Origin: Calditrichaceae bacterium
Lineage (GTDB): Bacteria; Calditrichota; Calditrichia; Calditrichales; JBFXGD01
DNA length: 51,349 nt
Reading direction: 5' to 3'
Assembly: GCA_050173015.1 (NCBI GenBank)
Contig: JBFXLE010000001.1
Span: forward strand, 343,087-394,435
Under the pieces are notes generated by a model. It was not told the DNA's origin and ran no database searches. It worked only from the letters and a program-made list of their open reading frames with translations. Position numbers and translations under genes: made by a program. This document shows positions 1 through 12,000 of the stretch, in pieces. The stretch's first letter is position 1. Each line of letters opens with the position of its first letter.

Positions 1-1
1 T

Positions 2-3000
2 TATATAGCGGATCAGTTGGCGGACTGGACGACGACGGGCAGTCTTGACGCCGCCGGCAGTCTTGGAGCATCGAGTTTTACGTTTAATCCGACGACGGCG
101 CCCACTTCGGGAACGATCGAAGCGACGGTTGGCAGCATTAAGGACGCGACAGGCACGATCACAGTGAGCGTGGGAGCGGTCAATTATGTTAAAATAAGAG
201 ATGCCGCGAATAACAACGGAACCGAGATTGGCGCGGTCAATCTAACCGTCGGCCAAATCCTTTACCTATACGCCGCTGGATATGACAGTGAAGACAACTA
301 TAATTCTGACGTTGCTGTGGACTGGCATGTGACAGGTACATTACAAGGTCTTGGAGACAGCATCGGTACATCGTCGACAACACTGACACCACTCACGGCC
401 GGATCCGGTGAAATCAATATTACAAATGGCAGCGGTTGGACAAACGATGCCACAGGTACGATTACTGTCCAATCCGGAGCGTTAAAAAGCATCAAAATTA
501 GAACGGCCACAAATAACGGTGGATCAGAGCTTGGGAATTATTCCGGGCAGGCGGGAAGCACACTTGATCTTTTTGCGGCCGGATACGATAGTTACGAAAA
601 TTATCTTGGTGATCAAACAGTAGCATGGACTGTGGATGGAGATTCGATAGGATTTTTCAGCCAGACAGATTCATCTACCAGCAATACAATCAATTTTACA
701 ACGGTAAATGCGTCTCAGATTAAAATATCCCGGGGCGTCCTGAATGATTATAGCGGAATTGTAAAAGTAAGGGCCGGTGCGGCATTTGCCGCCGCGAGAA
801 TCTCACCGGAAACGGTAAGCGGTAAAGTAAATGATTTTATATCGGATTCTCTTGGGGTGGTGGTTACCGACGCGTACGGAAATTTGGTACCAACAGTCAA
901 TGTAGCCTGGTCCACTCCCTCAGATGGCTCGTTGAACCCGGTTAATGATGTCACGGACAGTCAGGGAATATCCAGAAGTAAATGGCATTTAATGACCACC
1001 GTCGGAACGGATACGGCGCGGGCGCAGGTAACGGGTATCGGAACTCCTGTGGAATTTTATGCCAGTACTCTTACTTCCACTGCCGATAGTCTAAAATATT
1101 ATTCAGGAGATGGTCAGACAGATACAGTAGCTCAACTGTTATCACAGCCATTAACTGTACAGGTTATAGACAGCTTGGGGAATCCGGTCAGTGGTGTATC
1201 GGTTACATTTTCCGTCACTTCTCATCCTGCTGCCGGCGGACATGATTTTGTATTGAATCCGGTCTCCGCATCTTCTGATGGCGGCGGCTTTGTAAGCACC
1301 AATTTCACTCTCGGTTCAAAGGTTGGTGATTATGTGATTGCCGCCTACAACAGTCAGCTGCTAAACAGTCCTGTCAGTTTTACAGTCAGCGCGACCGCGG
1401 ATGTAGCAGATCGGTTAGTAATTGTATCGGGTGATAATCAGACCGGGACTGCCGGTGTCGCCCTTTCACAACCCAATAAACTACGTGCCGTTGATGCCTA
1501 TGACAACCCTGTACAGGGTGTAACCATCAACTGGACACCCTCTGCTGATGGGTCAGTAAACCATACCGGTTTGACTACTAATGCAAGTGGTCTGGATTCT
1601 GTCACCTGGACATTGCAGTCTGCTGCTGGTAGTGATTTACTGACCGCGTCAAGCCCGGGATTAACTTCAGTGGATTTTAGCGCGACGGTAAATCCGGCAT
1701 CCGGTGATCATTTTGTCATTCTTTCCAGTCAGGATTCCATCAAAGTCGGAACATCGCGTTTGCTGGAAGTGGCACTGGAAGACGCTTTTGATAATCGTGT
1801 TTCTTCAGGACAATCCGTCACTTTTAACCGGCTGCATGGGAACGGGTTATTCAGTAATGGTTCCGGTTTAATCACAAAAACAACAGATAATACCGGTGTC
1901 GCCTCCGCGTTATATACTGTCAGTGATTCCTTACTCTATATTCGAGACAGTGTCGAAGTTGTTTTTGGTGGTGTTAGGGACACAATTGTGCTGCCGTTAA
2001 AAGCGGGAAACGTGAGTTATTATACGTTTACACCTTCAGGAAATAATTCAATAGCTGCCGGCGGAAGCGTCAATTATACATTGACCGCTCACGATCAGTT
2101 TGGAAATCCGGTTGTAAATAGTGATCAGATTACACTATCGGCAATAGGCAGCGCGACCGCTGTTTTTTCCGGTGGTCCTTTCCAGTTCAGTAACAGCAGC
2201 GCGCTTAATTTTAGTGTAAGCGATAATACAAAGGGCAGTTTTACGGTAAGAGCGGCCAAATCCACAAATACGGAAATTAAGGGAGAGAGCGGACTTATTA
2301 CGGTGAACGCTGCCGTGGCGGAACACTTTGTCATCATTTCCAGTCAGGATGCTATTACCACAGATACTGAACGTCTTCTGCAGGTTGGGCTGGAAGATGT
2401 CCATAATAACCGGTTACCCGCTTCACAGACGGTTACGTTCCGGCGTTTTAACGGTAACGGATTGTTCAGCAACGGATTGGATAATATCAATGACGATACC
2501 GATGCGAGCGGAATAGCGGAGGCCCGCTACACCGCAAGCGATTCGCTTTATTATTTAAGAGACAGTGTTGAAGTTTCATTCGGTGGAATTCTTGATACCA
2601 TCGTTCTTCCCTTAAAAGCGGGAAAAGTCAGCTATTATACCTTTACACCTTCCGGAGATAATACCATAACGGCCGGTGGAAGCGTCAATTTCACACTGAC
2701 CGCGCGCGATCAGAACGGTAATGAAGTCGTGAACAGTGATCAGGTGACATTAAGCGCGGTGGGCAGCGCGACCGCGGTATTTGCCGGCGGACCGTTTGTT
2801 TTTAGTTCGAGCAGCACGCTTAACTTTAGCGTAAGTGAGACAAAAAAAGGCAGCTTTACTGTTCGCGCCGTTAAATCAACAAATACGGAAGTCAAGGGGG
2901 AAAGCGGTCTTATTACCGTCAATCCGGCAGCCTTAAACTATGTCTTAGTGCGAACAGAAGCCAATAACGGTGGTATTGAATTTGCGGATTCTACTTTCAC

Positions 3001-6000
3001 CGCAGATAATCTTGTCAATTTTTTCTCCGCGGGCTATGATCAATATGATAACTACCGCTCAGATGTCGTGGTAAACTGGACAAGTCTCGGAGGCCTTGAT
3101 CCTGTGACTTCCACAGGGTCAAAATTTGCGTTCAACCCGATATTGGCAGGCGTGACAGGTCAGATCGTGGCCACACATTCAACATATCCCGCGGTTGACG
3201 CGGATACATCGGGGATCATTACGATTAATCCGGGGAACCTGGCTTCGTTGCGCGTGCAGATAAACGACCTGAATGGCGGACCGGAATTAAGTGATTCAAC
3301 CATCACGGCGGATGATTTTATAGATGTCTATGCCGTCGGTTATGACGCGGACGGTAATTACAGGGGACGTGTTTCATCAAGCTGGACACGCAGCGGTGTA
3401 ATATCTTCAATTTCACCGGCAAATCCTACTGACAGTCTGCATATCGAGGGGACACTAAAAGGTACAGGAAGTGTACGAGCTACAGCGGTATCCAACACAT
3501 CGGTTTATGATAATACCGGTTTGATAACAGTCAACCCGGGCGCGGTTTCGTATGTTAAGATCCGCAGTGAATCAAACGGAGGCGGAATTGAGATTGCTGA
3601 TTCAACGCTTGCAGTTGGTCAGGTTCTCAATCTGTATTCGGCAGGGTATGATAGTGATAATAATTTTAGTCAAAATGCTCCCGTCAACTGGAACGTAACC
3701 GGTGGACTGACCGGGCTTGGAAATAGCACAAATGTTTATGTTACTACTCTCACGCCCACATCACCAGGCTCAGGAGCAGTGCAGGTTACAAACATCAACG
3801 GTTGGACAAATGATGCGACCGGTACAATCACGGTTCAGACGGGTGAGTTGGCATCTATCAGAATACAGACCGCTACCGGCGCCGGTGGAGCTGAGTTAGG
3901 CGCGTACAATGCCACAGCGGGTGGGTCCTTGGATTTATACGCTGAGGGATATGATATTAAGGGAAATTATATCTCACCGATCAATGTTTTTTGGACAGTC
4001 GATGGTGATTCGATTGGCGCGTTTACCCAAACGGATTCGGCTACGACGAACACGATTAACTTCACTCTGGCAAATTCAGCTCAGCTGAAAATCATCCGTG
4101 GTTCTTTGAATGATTATTCGGGAATTATCAAAGTCAGACCCGGAGCGGCATTTGCGATCACAAAAATTACGCCTGATACGGTCAGCGGAAAGGTCAATGA
4201 TTTCATCAGCGATTCACTGGGAATCAGAGTTGTTGACGCCTATAATAATTTGGTGCCTGGCGCCAGTGTCACCTGGAGCATCAATAGTGACGGAACATTG
4301 AATCCTTTGTCGGATGTCACTGACAGTCAGGGCGTTTCAAGAAGTAAATGGCGTCTGAAAACAACGGTCGGACTGGACTCGGCTTCTGCCGCTGTTGCAG
4401 GAATTACCTCACCGGTCACTTTTTACGCGAATGCTTTAAGTTCATCGGCAAACACTCTGGTGTATGTTTCCGGTGACTCACTGACGGGTACGGTTCAGGA
4501 TACTCTTGCGCAACCATTTGTGGTGAGGGTCGAAGATAATTTCGGGAATCCCGTTTCAGGGGTTTCGGTTACATTTTCCGTAACAGATCACCCGGTAAAC
4601 GCGGAGCATAATTTTAATTTTACTCAGGAATCCGGCTTATCAGACGCTTCAGGTAATGTACAAACATTCTTCCAGTTGGGAAGTAAGGCTGGGCAGTACC
4701 AGATTTCAGCATTTAACAGTCAGTTAAATAACAGCCCGATTAAGTTTACCTCGTTTGCTGTGCCGGATACAGCTGATCAAATACTCATTGTCTCCGGAAA
4801 TAATCAAACCGGTACGGTTGGACAGCCGCTTGTTCAATATCTTAAAGTACGATCTGTTGACGCTTATAACAACCCGGTCCAGGGTGTGACTATTGACTGG
4901 ACGCCGTCATTAGACGGATCGGTTGACCACTCAGGCTTAGTCACTAACTCAAGTGGTCTGGATTCAGTGATTTGGACAATGAGAACGGCTTCGGGAAAAG
5001 ATACTCTAACGGTGAGCAGCCCGGGAAAAACACCTGTTGTATTTTATGCCCAGGCAAACGCGGACGTGGCGAATACAATCATCGCCTATGCAGGAAATAA
5101 TAGAACAAGTATCGCGGGCGGCAATCAGCAAATTATCGCACAGGTTCAGGACCAATACGGAAACTTCGTAAAGGATCAGACCGTCCAATTTATTCCGACA
5201 CAATATATCTCAAACCTGACGGATAAATCGGATGAAAATGGTTTGGCGCGTTCACTCTATACAACGCCCAAAAAAGCTGATTCCTCTTTCGCAAAAGCAT
5301 ATATAACCGGATTGGTAGATACAGCGGCCTTTAAAATATACGGCATCCGTTATGTGTCAAATTCTCTGGAACCAAAAGTTGTAATGCCCGGGGATACAAC
5401 CACATTTTATGTTAAAGTTTCCAATCCCGGGGTAGACATCGTTCCATTGGATACATCCCGAAGCGAGTTTATTATAAACGATACTGATTATAGCATTACC
5501 ACCAAGCTTGACTCACCTCTGACGTTGCCGGCCCGCAGCCTGGAAAATATGTTAAAGTTTAAGCCGACGGTTATCAACGGAGGATTCCTAAGCGGAAAAT
5601 ATACGCCAGAAATTCATCTTGTGGGCAGAGATGCATACAGCGGGATGAACGGCACACTGACTACGGACGCGGTCGAACTCTCGATCGAACCACTGAGAAT
5701 TGTAGCTATAACGATTCTTGATCCGGCTTCCAAAATTGTTCGTAAGGGTGATTCGATAAATAAAATTCAGATGAGAATCAGAAATACCAGCATGTATACG
5801 ATTCGTAGTCTCAGCGCAGATCTGACTTTCACGCCTGATTATGGATTTAGTGAAGTTCAAATTTCAGGCCCGGACTCTCTCTTGAGCGATTCGGATGGTA
5901 TCTATGAGTTTTCGCTTGACATTCCATTTGGCGCCAATCCCGATACAATAACAGTGGATGGTATTGTGATGGGCCGGTATTCCGGAACCGGAGATTTGAT

Positions 6001-9000
6001 CTCTGATACAGAATCTTCGATTACGGATCAGTTTGTTGTCGCGAATGCGGCGGTCCTGACTTTTGTAGATTATTCTCCGAAAACAATATCAGCCGGGCAG
6101 AATGTTCAGTTTACGGCTCAGGTCAAAAATGACGGCGTTTATGATGTTCTATTGAATAAATTATCCACAAATATAGATTTTGGAAGCCAAAAATTTAACT
6201 TGTCTGCTAATCAGGCGCTGGCCGGGGCCGGAACAACCACCACGCTGAATTTCACCGCGGCGGATCTGACCATTCCGGGAGGCGCAAAGTATGAAGGGCT
6301 TCTTGTATTAAACGGTACTGAAAACGGGGCGATCTTTAATGATTCTTTAATCACCGGTGACAGTCTGAACGTTCAAAATCCGGCGGTGATACAAATTAAT
6401 TCTATTATCGCATCAGGAACCGATATCAGTCAGGGTGCCGATACTCTGGTTACCATTGACGTAACCAACACCGGGCAGGCTTCGTTAAGAGTTGATTCTC
6501 TTATCGTCATACCATATGGCGTACCGGTTTCAATCGCGCCGGTTCTTCCTAACACTCTTACCGGTGGTGAAACCAGGCAGTTTGATGCCAGAGTGACTGT
6601 GCCCACAGGACCCGATACAGGATTAGTCACGATAGACGCGAGGGGAAAGGGGATCGATGTCAATAGCGGAAGCGTGATAACAGCTGCATCAGCAGCCGCG
6701 ACAGATTCTTGGAATGTTTTCACGCCTCCGGTCATATCGATTACACAAATTGCTCATGTGAATCCTGAAGACAGTCTGGTCAGTCAGGGGCAAGCCAAAA
6801 TACCGGTTTCGGTCACGATAAAGAATAATGGCGGGACTTCGGTTTCCATAAATAATTTGAATCTTGTCGCCAAAATCGGTCTTTATTCTCATAAATGGCC
6901 GGCATTGCCGATCCCGTTGGCCGGACATTCTGAAATCACGATCACAGATTCAGTTTTAGTGCAGACAAATTCCGCAACCGGACACGATACCTTGTACGCG
7001 AGCGTAGGCTATCAAAACAATTATTCCGGAAAGTCATCAAACCTTACGAGCGCTACATTTATGGCTTGGGAAGTAACAGGAAAACCGCTGGTCGAAATTA
7101 TAAGCGTATCCGCTGTAAAGGATTTCGTCTCACAAGGCCAAACCGCTGTCAATGTGAATGTCAGAGTGAAAAATGTCGGAACATCTCCTGCCAGAGTTGA
7201 GACGCTGGCGCTTAATTATAAAAACGGTAATGGAAATTATACATTTAATCCAGTCAGTCCTGTTCTGCCCAGAACAATTGACAGCGGATTATCCCAGGTG
7301 TTTACGGTTCCGGTTAATGTTAATTTTGACGCGCAAACCGGACCGGATACCATGTATGCCAGTATTAATTTAACGGAATTGTTGTCACAGCAGAATTTTG
7401 ACATCACTGACACAACGGTCACGGATACCTGGCAGGTACAACAGCGGCCTCAGGTGGTGATCGACAGCGTGACAGTTACTCCGCAGCTGGTCTCAACCAG
7501 TCAGACCAATCTCCGGGCAACGGTTTATATGCGGAATGCGGCCGGTACATATCGCGCGGACGCGCAGGTAGATTCTGTCCGGTTAAAATTAATGACAAGC
7601 GGGGCGGTTGAAAGGAATGATTTATTTACGATTACACGAAATTCATCCCCTTCAATTCCATTAATATTAAAACCCGGATCATCAACACGGTTTGATTATA
7701 ACCTGGCAACCCTGGGCAGCACTTTATCAGATAATTATAGTGTTGACGGTTACACAGGGACCCGAGATATAAATGACGGAATGCTGACGATTCAGGACGG
7801 AGCGGTGGTACCCGGTAGCTTAACCGTTGAGCAGGCTGCTCTTCTGGCCGTTAATTCAGTCGCAATCAACCCCGATACACTAAGTCAGGGGCAGAGCCAT
7901 GGCCGGTTGTCGATAAGTGTCACTAATTCCGGAGAAGCTGACGCTGTTATTAACTCCAATCAATTGTCAGTGTCACCGCCGATAAATCTTGGACCGGTAC
8001 TTATCAGCCACTCGACACCGTTTAACCTGGCCGGCGGAATAACGGATACTCTCATTTACTCACTCGTCATTCCTTCGGGATATACAGGTACGGTCGGCGT
8101 AAATAATACGATTTTCGGAAAAGATTCAAACTCCGGAGCGGATTTAAGCGCGAGTTCCGGCAGTCCGGGTCAGTTTTTCGTCGAGACACCGGCAGCTCTT
8201 TCAGTATTTGAGACTACTCCAAACGCTTCTCCGGGAGACACGACAATTCAATTCCGGGTAAAAGTCGTAAATACCGGTGAAGCGACAGTCGAGCTTGACT
8301 CCAATCTTACCACCATCGAGATACAGGGCACGTCGTATCTGATTGGATTGGCGGGAACAAGTCCACAGACCATCAGAGCATTTCCTGATACCACAGAGCT
8401 TGTGTTCCGAAGTACTTTGATCACCGGTATTCAATCTCAGGAATATCCGTTACGACTGCATGTGAGAGGAACATCAAACAAAGCGGCATATCAGAGTGAT
8501 CATGATGCCGGTATTTTTGCCTACGGCGCAGGTCTGGTTTCAATAACGTCAGTCGGCATTGTCGGTGATAACCGGGTTATTCCGGGACAAACCGGGATTC
8601 AGGTGATAATGACGGTATCAAACAGCGGAATTCCGTTGCAGATTGATCCGGCGGGGACTACTCTAATCCTAAAATCTGCCGCCGACGGCAGTATTCGCAA
8701 TGTCAATAATTTGAATCGTACTGATACACTGACCGTGCTAAAAACGAGCAGTAATAACCGGCTTCAATTTGTCTTTGATTTACCGGATCCTTTCCCGTTG
8801 GGACAAACGAATATTTTTGGTCAAATCAGTCTGGATAACGGCAATCTGGTTAAAGAATCCGCCACTTTTGAAGACATGATTGTATTATCAAAAGCGAATA
8901 TAAGCTATGTGTCGGGAAGTATGAATCCTGATACACTGATAAGAAGACAAACAGATTCCTTTGCGTTTACATTCTATAACGCGGGTTCGGCTGATTTGGC

Positions 9001-12000
9001 GCTCAATCCTGATTCTTCCTATATGGAAATTCTTTCTTCGCCTATCTCCCGGAAATATCTTGCCGGTAAATTTACACTGGGCGGGCTTGATTCGACTGAG
9101 ATCTTATTCAACAGCCTCACGGTTCCTGTTACAATGGATACGGTTATTTATAATGTGAAATGGCGTCTAAAAGGAATATTGCTAAACGGGTCTGATTATG
9201 AAAAAGAAGAAATTATTTTCGGAGTTCTCAAAATTATTCCTGAGGCCAGACTCATATTCACCCAGATTAATATTTTACCCGAAACGGTAAGACAGGGACA
9301 AAATGATATCTCGATCAACTATACTTTGGCTAACATTGGGAAGTCATCGGCGGCCATCAGCAAGATTGATTATATATTCAACGCCGGAGCTACAAATGTC
9401 TCAACACAATGGCTCCCATCTACTATCAATCTGTTCCCGGACACACTCATCGCCGGACAAAGTCGAACCTATTCAATAAATTACAATTTATCGCAATCGG
9501 CAACGACCGGTATTGTCAAACCAAAACCGATTGTTTCCTACAGAGATCTACGGACATCGACTTTCACCGATACATCAAAAACTATCGTTTTCGGTGATTC
9601 TGTACTCGTGATACGTCCGGCCCTTGTGGGAATTGATTCATTAAAGATTATAAAAGATGCGCTTGCGCCGAATGCGCCTAATGTCAATCAGAATGAACCG
9701 TTTAACCTGTTGCTGAGACTTGTAAACAACGGTGCGGACACGATCCGGACCGCATATGTTTCGTTATCAAGAGATGATAATTTCCTGCAACAGCTTGTGA
9801 TGACCGATATCGCTCCATTTAATTACAAAACGTTGATTTACAGCTCTCCGGGATTGGCAATAGACGGATCGACGATATACAAAGTGAAGATTGATTCGGC
9901 GATTGAATTGACAGGAAATCTTGTGACGATTCAACAACCGGTTGATAATTTGGAAACGGTAGTCGTTCAGACCGCCAGCAGTTTAGCGCTCAACGCGGCG
10001 ATTGTTTCACCGGTCGGAGCGGTTGACGGAATTATATCAGTCGGGACAAAATTTAAACTACGCGCGGATGTAACCAGGGTGAGCGGCATTTCACCGTATG
10101 GGAACGGCAGGATGACATTGAGTCTGCCGGATACGGTCCATTACAAATTTGACAGTGATGTCGCGGAAAAAATATTTACACAGTCGCAGGCATATGCTGA
10201 ATGGAATTTGGAAGCGCTTGCAGTAAGTTCCGGTGGCATTTTTGACAGCCTGCGCATTCAGATGAATGAAATTCCGATTGATCTCAATACGGGAAGCGCT
10301 GTGACAACTGTAAAAACGATGGATACGGTTCTGGTCAGGACTGATGAGGCCGGTCTGGTTACCGCGGACATAAGCATTGCCTCACCCGAGGGCGCCCGGG
10401 ACAGCGTCATATCAACCGGACAGGAATTTGTACTTCATACGGAGATAGCTTTCAATCAGTCCGTTCGTGATACCGGCAGAGTAGCGCAGATTGTTCTGCC
10501 ATCCGGTTTCTCTGTAAAAACGAGTTCAATTATAGATTTACCAACTACGCCTACGGCTGCCGTTGATTGGGAAATAGTTGCTCCCGCTTCACCAACACAG
10601 GGAACAGTAAATATAAGTGTCCGGATAAACGGCTATGATAATAACAGTGGAGTTCCGGTTCAGACCACATCAAATCTTCTGCCTGTGCGGGTCGTGTTGA
10701 AATCATCACTGGTTCTGGGATTGAAGATTGTTGAACCCGCGGGCGCGACGGATGACACGGTGTCCGTTGGTCAGACGTTGAAGCTTGAAGGCTTAGTGAC
10801 GCTTCAACCGGGAACAGCTGCCATATCGGGAACCGGTAAGGCATCCATTCTTCTGAGCCCCGAATTTACTTTGATGGATCCGGATACACAAAGGACTTTC
10901 ACTGTAGGCATTCCTTTCTACTGGTGGGTTAGAGTGGATGGCGCATCCACAAAAAGCGCCGCATCGATGGCCGAATTAAAAAGTATTTTGAACGGCATGA
11001 ATAATAAAGACAGTTCACCCGATCTTTACGATGGTGGTGTTGAGCGTCTGGACGGTCCGGTCAATAATGTTGATTTACGGAAAGTGGTTAAAGAGGCGCT
11101 TATGGTAACCGCGGCAGCGAAAGATGCCTACCAGATTACCGTAAAAGTTGACAGTATTCCGCTTGATGTAAATACTCAGCTACCGGCGACCATCAATGAA
11201 ACACAAACAAAAACAATTTATACTGAAGACAGCGCTACTCTTAGTATTGTATCGACAGAAGCACCGGATACTGTCTCAAGCGGACAAACATTTACCTATG
11301 GCGTAACCGGTGCGATTAGTTCAAATCTGGCTAATCCGGTTGCCTATCTCTTAATGCCTGAAAAATTTGGCGGCGCGGTGATCGCCAGGGCTCTTGATAT
11401 TAACAATCAGGCCACTTGGGATATCGCGGTTCCGGCAAATTATACAGGAACTGGGAAAGACACCATTGAAGTGTTTTTAACGGGTATTGACAGAAACAGC
11501 GGTGAAGCGACAGATCCGACTCCGCTTGTGGCCAATCCTTTGACGGTGCAGTTGAGACCAAAACTTTCATTAAAACATACACTCCTATCACCGGTTTCCT
11601 CACAGGCCGGATTACTGTCGTTCGGACAGGAAGTAATAGTTGAGCTTTGGGCTGAATATGCCGAAAATACTTCAGGACTTGATTATGCTTCGGTTCAGGG
11701 TTCGGGAGCGATAAGTCTGGATTCTGCTCTTGTTATACAAAATGGATTTACGCTTGTCGAAGGTGAAACGTTTAAGAAGACATTTACGCAATTAGGTCAA
11801 AAACTGGTATGGCGCATCAAAGCTCCGTTATCAGAACGTACCGTGAGTATAAACTTTAGTTTTGCGGGACTTCCTATAGATAAGAACAGCGGTTTATCTG
11901 CCGAAATCGATATCATGACAGGCCTTGTTTCGCTTCCTGTCAGAGTCAGACAGAAAAATATCACAGTTCTCATGCTAAATGAACTTATTGTTGATAAGAG

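Noticed and set aside
17-19. TTG at 17 as the start of the giant protein
   Set aside because: The frame is open to the window edge, there is no signal peptide or RBS, and the sequence begins mid-repeat.
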